64,000 nt of DNA. It comes from an uncultured virus (IMG/VR IMGVR_UViG_3300028107_000045). Its lineage: Duplodnaviria > Heunggongvirae > Uroviricota > Caudoviricetes. Location: IMG/VR virus record IMGVR_UViG_3300028107_000045. One strand, 5' to 3'. The notes below the pieces were generated by a model that did not search any database, had not been told where the DNA came from, and saw only the letters and a list, made by a program, of their open reading frames with translations. Shown one piece after another: positions 1 to 8,752 of the stretch (its first letter is position 1; each line of letters begins with the position of its first letter). The position numbers were made by a program, and so were the translations under genes.

Positions 1-1263
1 CGGGTCAGCAGTGTTCTTGAGGAAGGTACCCTCCTCAGGATCGATCAGGAAAATGAAATCACCCTGACGCTTGTTCTGACCGTTGTAGTGGATCGGAATT
101 ACCGCTTCACTAGGAATGTGCCAAGTAAGACCACGACCGTAAGGCGCTACCGACAGTGTGTCAATAGGCTTAACGAACTGCATCGACTGGTGATGGATGT
201 TCCGTGCACGGTAAAGCTCACGCGCAGCAGCTGCGATCATGGGCTCGTCAAGGTTCTTGGTGGTAGCTTCCGAAGGCTCTGCCTTTTTCTGCCTTACCTT
301 GGTGTCCTTGTCGGTGATTGGATCTTTCGGATCCTTAGCCTCAGGCTGGGTGAGCAACTGGTCGATCATCAAATCGAGGTTCTCAGCACCCATCACATTG
401 TGTGCATGGTTGATCCGGTCTTTCTCTTTGAGTTTCTGGAAGTACAGCACCGCCGGGTTGTCAGTAAAGGTGATCCCCATGTCGTTATCGGGGTCCACAT
501 CACTACCGAACAGGTTGAATTCCAACCCAGCCTCAGTGGTACCGCCGCTAAGAATAGCTTCAAGACCACTCACCTTGGATTTTTCAGGTGCATTAGGGTC
601 GCGGATCATCTTGCCAATGTTCTTGGCGCGGACTTGACCATTAACCTCTACGAATTCCCGACGCAACTCCTCCAGGGATTTGTTGCGGTATTCCATGAAA
701 GCCTCGGTACCTTCACGGGCTTTCTTTGGATCGAACTCACTACCATTGATCAAGTAATCCAGACCAGGACGGCTCAAGTTAAAGAGCACGTAAGACCCAG
801 TATTCCACAGGATATCGTTGATAATTTTGCTGAGTTCTTCCTCGATCCTATAGTCGTTGGTGAAGTATTCTTCCCACACCTTCAACAGTTCTAAGTGCAA
901 CGCGTTGTTCTTGAACTGCGACGGCAGAGTGTCATAGGTGAGGATACGTTCCTGCTTACCATTGGGGTACAGCAGAATGGTGTTCCAGATCAACTCCGCT
1001 TTGTCCACATACGGGGTAATTGCCCGCAGGTCGGTTACGGCATTGATGTTGTTACTGATTACGTCACTAAGCCTTTGCAGCTTATATTGGTTGACTGTAT
1101 CCGTACCACCGATATCCCCTTTCTCAGGTGTGAGACCGTTTTGTGGTACAGCGTTTCGCACCGTTGACTGAATAGCTGGCGGTAGGTTGGTAAAGCTCTT
1201 GCTGATTTGAGTATAGTCAGCGCGCTGGTTACCTATCGTCGTCGCTCGCACTCTGTAGGACAT
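1..1263 (-). CDS. Portal-like virion protein (phiKZ gp129-like); 5' part only, runs off the window
   Basis: Minus-strand frame from ATG at 1263 (MSYRVRATTIGNQ...) to the window edge (...HIPSEAVIPIHYNG...FIFLIDP); both ends translated by hand. Absent from the ORF track, presumably because no stop falls in the window. Divergent from a gp128-like gene. Product from recalled family resemblance and synteny. Confidence 0.6.
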   Translation of the reverse strand, partial: MSYRVRATTIGNQRADYTQISKSFTNLPPAIQSTVRNAVPQNGLTPEKGDIGGTDTVNQYKLQRLSDVISNNINAVTDLRAITPYVDKAELIWNTILLYPNGKQERILTYDTLPSQFKNNALHLELLKVWEEYFTNDYRIEEELSKIINDILWNTGSYVLFNLSRPGLDYLINGSEFDPKKAREGTEAFMEYRNKSLEELRREFVEVNGQVRAKNIGKMIRDPNAPEKSKVSGLEAILSGGTTEAGLEFNLFGSDVDPDNDMGITFTDNPAVLYFQKLKEKDRINHAHNVMGAENLDLMIDQLLTQPEAKDPKDPITDKDTKVRQKKAEPSEATTKNLDEPMIAAAARELYRARNIHHQSMQFVKPIDTLSVAPYGRGLTWHIPSEAVIPIHYNGQNKRQGDFIFLIDPEEGTFLKNTADP

Positions 1264-1286
1264 ATTGAACCCTTTGGTGACTAATT

Positions 1287-3395
1287 ATGAACAATGCGGA
1301 TAAGGACAAGTTCTTCAGGGACACGTTCGCCCTAACAAGAACTATGATCGTCAAGATCGAACTCTGGGCGAAGCGGTACAACCAAGCATTGGAACGTGTA
1401 GGACATGTGATCAGTGAAGACAAGACCACGTGGCGTTACTACATGAACCTTAACGGCGATTACCACGAGACTGACGTCCCTATGGTGATCCGGTCTCTTG
1501 ACACCGATGAAGAAATCGTCTTCAACAAAGAGAACCTCAAGCTGCACTTGGCTACCGCACGCGAGTACGCTAAAGGCACGTACTGGTTTAATCGGTTGGT
1601 CGCTGAATACCCAGCCCAGCCTACGCTGATCCGGGGTATCCTGCAGCCGATCCCCTATAGCGAGACCATAGAGGCCGAGGACTATAAGATCCTCCGTTAC
1701 AATACCAAATTGGTACTCTGGAATGAAACCCAGTTAATACCGGAGTTGCAGAAATACATCAAGTCGGTAGTGTCCCAGATCATGGGTCACGAATACAACT
1801 ATACCGACGACCTATTCATGCCGATGATGTCGGAGCTGCTTTATGCGTCGATCCTGCAAGGGATTGGGACCATCCGCTTAGAGCACATGCGCACCCGGCA
1901 TAGTCACGACTTCTTTATTTGGAGTCATATAGATTCGTACGGCGAGTTTTCAAAGTACAAAAACAGCCTGACGCGTAAACAGACCATGTGGCTGTTCCGC
2001 AACATTGCTTGGCTGCGTAATAACCCAGGGCAGTCGTTTACCTTTGATAAGCTATTGCAAAATATGCTTACCGAAGCAAACATCCCCCTCGCTAAATATG
2101 ACATGGTAGAAGGTACCGCCACCCAGGTAGAAGACCTTACACCTACCCCGCTGTACCGTCGCCTTAACCTTAACCTGATCGACGACTACGGTCGCGATCC
2201 AACGTACATCGATACCCCCGCCCTTATCGAGAAGCAACAACCACTCGCTAAGGACAACTACGACTTCACCACTATCTACCAGGAAGACGCAGTAGCCAAG
2301 GGCGAGAACTCGTTACACTCAGAGCTTCCTACTAAAGCGTTAGAGTCTGCCATGCGCGACTACACCAACCGGCACGTAGACACACTAATGTCGGTGGTTA
2401 AGAACGAATGGGTTTACCTAGCAGGTAACAAGAAGTTCCTGGGGCGTGTTATCGTTAACGATCCAAAGACCGGTAGACAGGTCCGTCTCCCAGTTACTGA
2501 CGCTTACCACGTCTGGAAGTATTTGGTTGATTACTCCAATGGTGACAACCCTGTACATATCTGTCCGGTTTACTACCAGAACGTGATGCGGATCAAGCCC
2601 CCTACTGTCAAGGAAATCTTGGCAATTGGCGGTAAGAAATACGTTTACCCGAAATACTTGGCAGAGGACATCCTAGCGCTGTGGTTCCCAGTAGCCAATT
2701 TCGTAGCGCCTGACTACTTGATCCAGTACGCATTCGATGTGTACGAGACCATGTGGAAACACAAGAAACTGTACAGTCAGTTCTACGACCTGAACAAACG
2801 TGCGCGGGTTAAACAAGCCACCAAGACTGTTTATACGTCCGGTATCGTTAAGCTGGGTGACTTCACTCGGTATGACGAGTTGCTTAACGAGTACAAGTTC
2901 GACTTTAGTGATTACACTGCTGCTGAGTGTAAAGCGTTTGCTTGGGACATCTTCAAAAGGGTAACTGGCTGGGACACCAACATCCAGCCTAACATGCGCA
3001 TCAAACAGAGTGACCTGATTGATATCATGACCCAGCTTAGTTCCTACACCATCCACGTCATTAAGCTGATGGACGATGACGTAGCGGTTACTGAACTGAT
3101 TAACGAGGTGTTCGTAGGTAACTCGGACCTGATGGGTCCTGGTAACAAGCTTACTGCTGACTTCAGTGGCGTAGAGTTGAACTACCAGTCCAACATGGAC
3201 GGTATCCGCAGCATGGACTCGTTGACCAGACTGTACACACCGCTTAAGCCACATATCGTAGCCAGCACCACTGCTAACGGTAAGTTGACTGATCGCAGCG
3301 TGCTCAAGTCAGTCAACTTGGAGAAAGACCCACGTCGTTACGCTGTACGTGGTATCGACAACTCCTACATCCGCAAGTTGCCGGTGGAAGAATGA
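1287..3395 (+). CDS. Virion structural protein (phiKZ gp128-like)
   Basis: 702-aa ORF; size and position next to the portal-like gene match phiKZ-like synteny. Confidence 0.55.
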   Translation: MNNADKDKFFRDTFALTRTMIVKIELWAKRYNQALERVGHVISEDKTTWRYYMNLNGDYHETDVPMVIRSLDTDEEIVFNKENLKLHLATAREYAKGTYWFNRLVAEYPAQPTLIRGILQPIPYSETIEAEDYKILRYNTKLVLWNETQLIPELQKYIKSVVSQIMGHEYNYTDDLFMPMMSELLYASILQGIGTIRLEHMRTRHSHDFFIWSHIDSYGEFSKYKNSLTRKQTMWLFRNIAWLRNNPGQSFTFDKLLQNMLTEANIPLAKYDMVEGTATQVEDLTPTPLYRRLNLNLIDDYGRDPTYIDTPALIEKQQPLAKDNYDFTTIYQEDAVAKGENSLHSELPTKALESAMRDYTNRHVDTLMSVVKNEWVYLAGNKKFLGRVIVNDPKTGRQVRLPVTDAYHVWKYLVDYSNGDNPVHICPVYYQNVMRIKPPTVKEILAIGGKKYVYPKYLAEDILALWFPVANFVAPDYLIQYAFDVYETMWKHKKLYSQFYDLNKRARVKQATKTVYTSGIVKLGDFTRYDELLNEYKFDFSDYTAAECKAFAWDIFKRVTGWDTNIQPNMRIKQSDLIDIMTQLSSYTIHVIKLMDDDVAVTELINEVFVGNSDLMGPGNKLTADFSGVELNYQSNMDGIRSMDSLTRLYTPLKPHIVASTTANGKLTDRSVLKSVNLEKDPRRYAVRGIDNSYIRKLPVEE

Positions 3396-3805
3396 ATAAA
3401 GTCTTAGCACTTATCAAACAACGGTATTTGGAAGACAACCATATCCTTGATGCCACCGAGGCTTTGAACACCACGCTTACCCACACGGCTACTAACGCTA
3501 AAGGGAACGCGGTGTTCTTGGTGTCTAAGGCTAATGGCGACAACGTCTATTACGAGCACCAGCGTGTAGACCTCAGTTGCCTGGACATGGTCAAAACCCT
3601 AAGCATACCAAAACAGTATCGTAACGATTACGATGTAAACCATAACAAAGCCATGATCGCTAACTGGGTCACCCGCTACTCCGGACACCACGTCCTGGAT
3701 GAGGACATTGCCTATTTAGTGCCTGATAAAGAGACCCTCACAGTGGTCCTGGTGTCAGATTCTATGCGCTTTACACCGACGAGCTTCAGGCTCATCCGTC
3801 TATAA
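3392..3805 (+). CDS. Hypothetical protein
   Basis: 137 aa; ATGA overlap with the upstream stop. Confidence 0.75.
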   Translation: MNKVLALIKQRYLEDNHILDATEALNTTLTHTATNAKGNAVFLVSKANGDNVYYEHQRVDLSCLDMVKTLSIPKQYRNDYDVNHNKAMIANWVTRYSGHHVLDEDIAYLVPDKETLTVVLVSDSMRFTPTSFRLIRL

Positions 3806-3817
3806 GGAATTTACCCA

Positions 3818-4765
3818 ATGGCTTTGTCCAACACCGACGTACAAGACCAGAACCGGTCGGAAGTACCTACCCAGACTACCACCAACACTGCCTGGGGTAA
3901 CATCATCATGAAGTGTCTGGCCACCCGCCAGAGCTTCAACCTGCCACGTTACACCACGCTCAACGAGCTGTACAACATCCTGGCGGCTGAATCAATCGGT
4001 GCTAAAGCGGCCAAAGACTTCGAGTTGAAATACTTCGGCGTCGGTATCCGCGGTGCGAACTGCAATGGTTCTGACAACATGGGCGTAAGCCGCATGAAAA
4101 TCAACCAGCACCAGCCGACCGACATGAACCTGTTCACGGCTATCCCGTTCATCTGCCGACCGATCAACGAAGACCTGGACAACGTCAACCGTGCCAAGTA
4201 CCGCATGCGTGTGGTAAAGAACGGTTACGACGGTAACTCCTACGTGTTCTACTACCTGAAACTGATCGACTTCACCAACTACAACCCACAGGTTGCCAAG
4301 GTGGTGCGTGACGAGAACGGTAACGAAACCGCTACCCCACACGTACCGGTGCGGGATGACCTGTTCAACCCACAACCAATCGACTTCACCAGTGAAGGTT
4401 CGGTGGCGCTGTCGAACACGTACATCAACTCCTCGGGTATCCTGGGTTGCTCGCTGAACCAAGGTGACCTGCAAGAGATGGCCAACGCCTGCCGTATCCT
4501 CTACAACGATGCCAGCTATGCTGCCGTCAACGAGGTAATGCAGTGCTGGGGTGTAGATACTATTACTGACGGTGTTACCGGCGGTGCTGGTGTCGTACGT
4601 TACACTGAAGTGCGTAGCGCTGTTGCTGCCCACTACATCACTGAGCGTGACGCCCGTAGTGCCCTGAACAACACCATGCTCAACATGGATTACGACCACG
4701 GTGCCAGCGAGCCAATGCTCCTGCACACTAACGCAACTGCCGGCGCTGGTAGCCAGAGCAATTAA
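3818..4765 (+). CDS. Virion structural protein (phiKZ gp139-like)
   Basis: 315 aa, AAGGA RBS, strong codon bias; lies directly upstream of the RuvC-like gene as in phiKZ-like phages. Confidence 0.55.
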   Translation: MALSNTDVQDQNRSEVPTQTTTNTAWGNIIMKCLATRQSFNLPRYTTLNELYNILAAESIGAKAAKDFELKYFGVGIRGANCNGSDNMGVSRMKINQHQPTDMNLFTAIPFICRPINEDLDNVNRAKYRMRVVKNGYDGNSYVFYYLKLIDFTNYNPQVAKVVRDENGNETATPHVPVRDDLFNPQPIDFTSEGSVALSNTYINSSGILGCSLNQGDLQEMANACRILYNDASYAAVNEVMQCWGVDTITDGVTGGAGVVRYTEVRSAVAAHYITERDARSALNNTMLNMDYDHGASEPMLLHTNATAGAGSQSN

Positions 4766-4777
4766 TAAGAGCTGCCT

Positions 4778-5410
4778 ATGGTTAAGGACTTAACAGTCCC
4801 CCAGGTATTGAGGGTCATTGCAATTGACCCTTCTACCACCAACATGGGGGTGTGTGTCATGGACGTCGATCTGTCCAAGCGCACACCCTTCAAGTTGGTG
4901 TACGTAAATACCATTAAAGGGGACAGGGTGTTATACGACATCCCCGAACAGTACGACGACACTATTAATGGTACTGGGGTATTGGCACGCTGCTATGGGT
5001 TGGCTCGTGCACTGGGTGGGATCATTGACGCCTACCTTACCGATTGGATCGACAAGGCTTGTAAGTTCGTTAAGGTGTGCGTCACGGCTATTATCGAGGA
5101 TAACTACCTTGGTCGTAGCCCTGGTACCTTTAAGCAGCTAATCCAGGCTGTGGCTATGTTGCAAACACCTTTCATTGAGCGTGGTATCCACGTGTCTACC
5201 GTTACACCCATCCCTCCAAAAGAGACGGTAGGTGTAGTGGCTAAGAAATCAGAGAAAGAAGACGTCCACAACGGTGTGATGGCATACGAGCACTTAGACT
5301 CCGAAGGGTTCGATCTCAAGGTAATCGATGAGCACTCGTCAGACGCCACGGCTATTGCTCTGTACCGTTGTGAGATCATCGCTAAAGACTACGGAGTGTT
5401 TTATGCATGA
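4778..5410 (+). CDS. ruvC: RuvC-like Holliday junction resolvase
   Basis: RNase H-fold motifs IAIDPSTTNMG, IIED and DEHSSDATAIA match the RuvC acidic active site. Confidence 0.75.
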   Translation: MVKDLTVPQVLRVIAIDPSTTNMGVCVMDVDLSKRTPFKLVYVNTIKGDRVLYDIPEQYDDTINGTGVLARCYGLARALGGIIDAYLTDWIDKACKFVKVCVTAIIEDNYLGRSPGTFKQLIQAVAMLQTPFIERGIHVSTVTPIPPKETVGVVAKKSEKEDVHNGVMAYEHLDSEGFDLKVIDEHSSDATAIALYRCEIIAKDYGVFYA

Positions 5411-5799
5411 ATAAACCAGTGGAGGAGCAACCGGTAACTCCCGAAGAGTCCCCTGCTGTTAATGGGGGTATTGAACGGGAACTGTTTGGTAAGTGGACGA
5501 TCTCCCTGCGTAACCTGGGCGGGATCCTTTCCATTATCACCATGTGTGTGGTTGCGGTGTTCAACGTGTACACTACACACCTGTCGGTTAAGGACGGTGG
5601 TGAATGGCCTAGCGAGCTGACACTGGTCATTGTTAACATCGGTCCGATTATCTGTGCTTGGACTTGGGTCAACGCCAACAAGACGATTTCGACTATCATG
5701 CAAGGAAGTGGCCTTACTGATCAGTTACGGAACCGTCTGGCAAACGTTATCAGCACCGATAAGAAGCAGAACGGTGATAACAGTACCAATGGGCAGTAA
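5407..5799 (+). CDS. Small membrane protein with 2 predicted TM helices; holin candidate
   Basis: Hydrophobic segments LGGILSIITMCVVAVFNVY and LTLVIVNIGPIICAWTWV, polar C-tail, converges on the spanin-like pair. Confidence 0.45.
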   Translation: MNKPVEEQPVTPEESPAVNGGIERELFGKWTISLRNLGGILSIITMCVVAVFNVYTTHLSVKDGGEWPSELTLVIVNIGPIICAWTWVNANKTISTIMQGSGLTDQLRNRLANVISTDKKQNGDNSTNGQ

Positions 5800-5806
5800 T
5801 GCAGCT

Positions 5807-5849
5807 ATATACCCTCCAGGAGCCTTTGTAGGGCTCCTGGAGGGTATAT
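5807..5849. terminator. Bidirectional hairpin terminator between convergent genes
   Basis: 18-bp inverted repeat ATATACCCTCCAGGAGCC / GGCTCCTGGAGGGTATAT. Confidence 0.8.
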
Positions 5850-5864
5850 TAACTTATGTCTGCA

Positions 5865-6347
5865 TCAGGGGGGAACTTTGTCTATGTTAGGCTGTGGTGC
5901 CATTTCAATGACTTTGTTCAAATTACCTACCAGCTGCTGGATCGTCCGCTTAGCAGCCCACACGGTGGTGTCTTGTGCATCAAGTGCTTTCGTGGTTTGA
6001 ATCAAGTATACACGAGTCACTTGGTAGCAATACACCCGCTCAGTAGGTGAGAGACCTGGGAGGAGACAGTTATTCTGCTCCAACCACCTTGTCAGATCGC
6101 CCACCCTGGACTGAGGGGGGAGGGGAGCTACCTCCCGAAACTCCGGTGCTACTTCCGTTAGCTGTTTCTGAATCGCTTTCAACTGGGACGCGTACGTGTT
6201 GTACTCTATCCGGTCCGCCTGGATCTGGATAAATTGGGAGCCCTCCGAGACTGAGGGGTTGTTTGTGCAACCCAAAGTCAGGAGGAGGCCCACCGTCATA
6301 ACTAGGCGGCTTATCGCCTGTACCGTATTCCCCCATAAGGAAATCAT
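5865..6347 (-). CDS. Lipoprotein, putative o-spanin (Rz1-like)
   Basis: Signal peptide with lipobox LTLG-C; GGGAGG RBS upstream; starts inside the upstream TM-anchored gene in another frame. Confidence 0.65.
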   Translation of the reverse strand: MISLWGNTVQAISRLVMTVGLLLTLGCTNNPSVSEGSQFIQIQADRIEYNTYASQLKAIQKQLTEVAPEFREVAPLPPQSRVGDLTRWLEQNNCLLPGLSPTERVYCYQVTRVYLIQTTKALDAQDTTVWAAKRTIQQLVGNLNKVIEMAPQPNIDKVPP

Positions 6348-6624
6348 AATTCGCCTCCCTTAAGTCAGCTTGCTTTTGCATCATTTCCTTGATACCGGCA
6401 GTAAACACCTCGTTATCTTTAACGATTTGTTCTGACAACTGCGCGGTCCGTCGCATGGCTTCGGTTGCTTCTTTGATGGCGTTGAATGACTCGGCTTCTA
6501 ACTTCACGGGTTTGGGGCTGTAGGTCTGCCATGCAAGCAAACCCAGACCAATCAAGACCGCAAAGAAAGTAACCATGGAACGAACGCGATCAAGGAATAA
6601 CCATCCTTTAATTGCTTTTCCCAT
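6070..6624 (-). CDS. Putative i-spanin (Rz-like)
   Basis: Single N-terminal TM (MVTFFAVLIGLGLLAW), then a coiled-coil-like helix; overlaps the lipoprotein gene by 278 nt. Confidence 0.6.
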   Translation of the reverse strand: MGKAIKGWLFLDRVRSMVTFFAVLIGLGLLAWQTYSPKPVKLEAESFNAIKEATEAMRRTAQLSEQIVKDNEVFTAGIKEMMQKQADLREANYDFLMGEYGTGDKPPSYDGGPPPDFGLHKQPLSLGGLPIYPDPGGPDRVQHVRVPVESDSETANGSSTGVSGGSSPPPSVQGGRSDKVVGAE

Positions 6625-6626
6625 GT

Positions 6627-7868
6627 TTAGGTACCTTGGATGATGGCACGGATATATAACAAGTAACCAGGGTGTAATCGGCTGGGGGCGTACTTGCTCT
6701 TAAAGCCGTGGTAGAGATCCCCTCCGTTCTGGATACCGGTAGTTTTGTTTACGTATAACTTTTGAACTCCTATGTCGATATCTAGTAGTCGTCGGTTGAT
6801 GATCCTTCTGGTGAAATACTTAGGCAACAAACCGTTACCAGTCAAAATTGGTAACTGTTTGGTTTCCTCGGTATGGTAGGTGAATGGGTACAGGTAATTG
6901 ACCATGGGCTTAACACTGATGTCCAGATATGGGTTATCCAGGACAATAGTGAAAGACGATTTGTCAGTTAACAGCTTAGTGAAAAACTCTTTGGTACGGA
7001 AGAACCCTTTATCCACTACCATGCGTTCCTTAGCGATGACACTACTAAGGTCGATCAACTCCTTGGAGTCAAAGATAGCGGAGAACCAGTCTACCTTGTT
7101 GATGTTGATCGCAAAGGTAGTGTCACCAGTGGGCATGGCCACGTCATTCAGATATAACCGACCACCGATGGACATTAAGCAAGTCTTACCAGACATATTG
7201 ACTGGGGACTTCACATGCAAGAAAGGAATACCGTTGATCTCTTTGAAGTCGATATCCGTCTCAGTGATCGGATAAGTCTTCAGGGTAGACACAGTGTTGA
7301 AGTTAAGGTAGTTGACGTGGATGTTATCATACACGTTGAAGTGTTTACCGGCATTCAGCAAGTAGGCACAACGATTACCTTTAACTGCACGCACTAAGTG
7401 ACCATTGATGGTGAACAACCCACGGTTAACCAGTGCATCGAAATCTACGTCGCTGTTATCCGTTTTAACTACACGGATATCCGGGGCCTCTACAGTGTCC
7501 AAGGAGTCTTGGTGTCCGTCGCCCATGTCAGCATTACCGGGCTTGAGGCTGAACCAACGATACTGGATGTCGTGGGTAGTCACGAACCGGTAGCGGTCGC
7601 CTGGCAGTACGTTGCTAGTGATCAACACCGTAGTAGCTTTGCTGGTGAGCCACTGTTGGATCTTACCGGAATAGCTACCCAGTTCCACGTAATAGTTCTG
7701 GAGATCAATAGCCACTTGACGGTTGTTAGCCAGGCCATCCGTAACTACAATGATTAAACGACTGTACTCAGTAAATAATTTATTGCACGCCATGGCGCTG
7801 ATATCGACGAGTTCCTCACCTTGCGGTGCTCGCCGGCTAACGCCAACCGCCCTTTGATAAGTGTACAT
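6627..7868 (-). CDS. Virion structural protein (phiKZ gp130-like)
   Basis: 413 aa, GAGGAG RBS; divergent from the tail fibre cluster as in related jumbo phages. Confidence 0.5.
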   Translation of the reverse strand: MYTYQRAVGVSRRAPQGEELVDISAMACNKLFTEYSRLIIVVTDGLANNRQVAIDLQNYYVELGSYSGKIQQWLTSKATTVLITSNVLPGDRYRFVTTHDIQYRWFSLKPGNADMGDGHQDSLDTVEAPDIRVVKTDNSDVDFDALVNRGLFTINGHLVRAVKGNRCAYLLNAGKHFNVYDNIHVNYLNFNTVSTLKTYPITETDIDFKEINGIPFLHVKSPVNMSGKTCLMSIGGRLYLNDVAMPTGDTTFAININKVDWFSAIFDSKELIDLSSVIAKERMVVDKGFFRTKEFFTKLLTDKSSFTIVLDNPYLDISVKPMVNYLYPFTYHTEETKQLPILTGNGLLPKYFTRRIINRRLLDIDIGVQKLYVNKTTGIQNGGDLYHGFKSKYAPSRLHPGYLLYIRAIIQGT

Positions 7869-7976
7869 AAAGGCGCTGACTCCTCTGAATTATATGACCT
7901 GAGACCGCCCCTATACTGCGTATAGGTGGCCTTTTATTAATAGGGTAGACTATAAAATGCCCTGGGAGACCTGTAA

Positions 7977-8741
7977 ATGGCTGCTATTACTTACCCTTGG
8001 AACCCCTTCCAGGAACGCATCGATTGCCGAATCACTGATGAAGTAATTAAAACCTCTTCGGACAACACCCGTAAGGTGTTTGTACCCCGTTACGGCCCTT
8101 TCTATCCCAACGCTCCTTTGGCCGGCCAAGGCCAGAAATTCGTACTCCGCCGCCAAGGTAGCCAGACTGCATTGGTACCTGGCCAAGACTACGTATTTGC
8201 ACACGACTTCAGTCGGTTCATCCTGAAATACAGCCGTAACGTATTCGGTGCTATCGTACTGCTCAAGGACTACCCTAACGAAGCCCTGCTGGCTTCCTAT
8301 GACACCATTGGTGGTCCATTCATTCTGGACGACACCGCCTTTGCTAAGGTGGTAGGTGACGTACTGGTAACTCCACGTTCGGTAGACTGGAGTGCCCTGG
8401 TTAACGTACCAGATGACTTCCCGGCAGATCCACACCAACAGCCAATCACTCAGACCTACGACTGGCTGGAAATGTACACTGCGTTCAAGAGCCTGATCAT
8501 GGTACTTACCAACACCCAGGACTCCTCCAGTGTGCTGTCGTTGCTGGAAGAACACATGAACAAGCGTCTGCCAGAAGCGCACCCGGCTAACAAGACCGAC
8601 CTGGGTCTGTCTGACGTAGGTAACCTGATGCCAGCGAAGATCTCCGACCTGGCAGGCAACAGTCCTACCATTGCGGTTACCATCGAAGTACTCAAAGAAG
8701 CCTTCCGTAAATACGACGGTTCCACTCTCGATTTGAATTAA
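7977..8741 (+). CDS. Tail/baseplate-associated structural protein, short relative of the fibre N-terminal region
   Basis: Shares VP/IP-x-x-G-P-F, WS-x-L-x-x-x-P-x-x-FP and AHPANKTDLGL motifs with the downstream fibre N-termini. Confidence 0.6.
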   Translation: MAAITYPWNPFQERIDCRITDEVIKTSSDNTRKVFVPRYGPFYPNAPLAGQGQKFVLRRQGSQTALVPGQDYVFAHDFSRFILKYSRNVFGAIVLLKDYPNEALLASYDTIGGPFILDDTAFAKVVGDVLVTPRSVDWSALVNVPDDFPADPHQQPITQTYDWLEMYTAFKSLIMVLTNTQDSSSVLSLLEEHMNKRLPEAHPANKTDLGLSDVGNLMPAKISDLAGNSPTIAVTIEVLKEAFRKYDGSTLDLN

Positions 8742-8752
8742 GGTGCTTGCTA

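Noticed and set aside
88..1171. Plus-strand ORFs 88-894, 239-637, 895-1167 and 938-1171
   Set aside because: Antisense shadows of the portal-like gene on the minus strand; no RBS and implausible composition.
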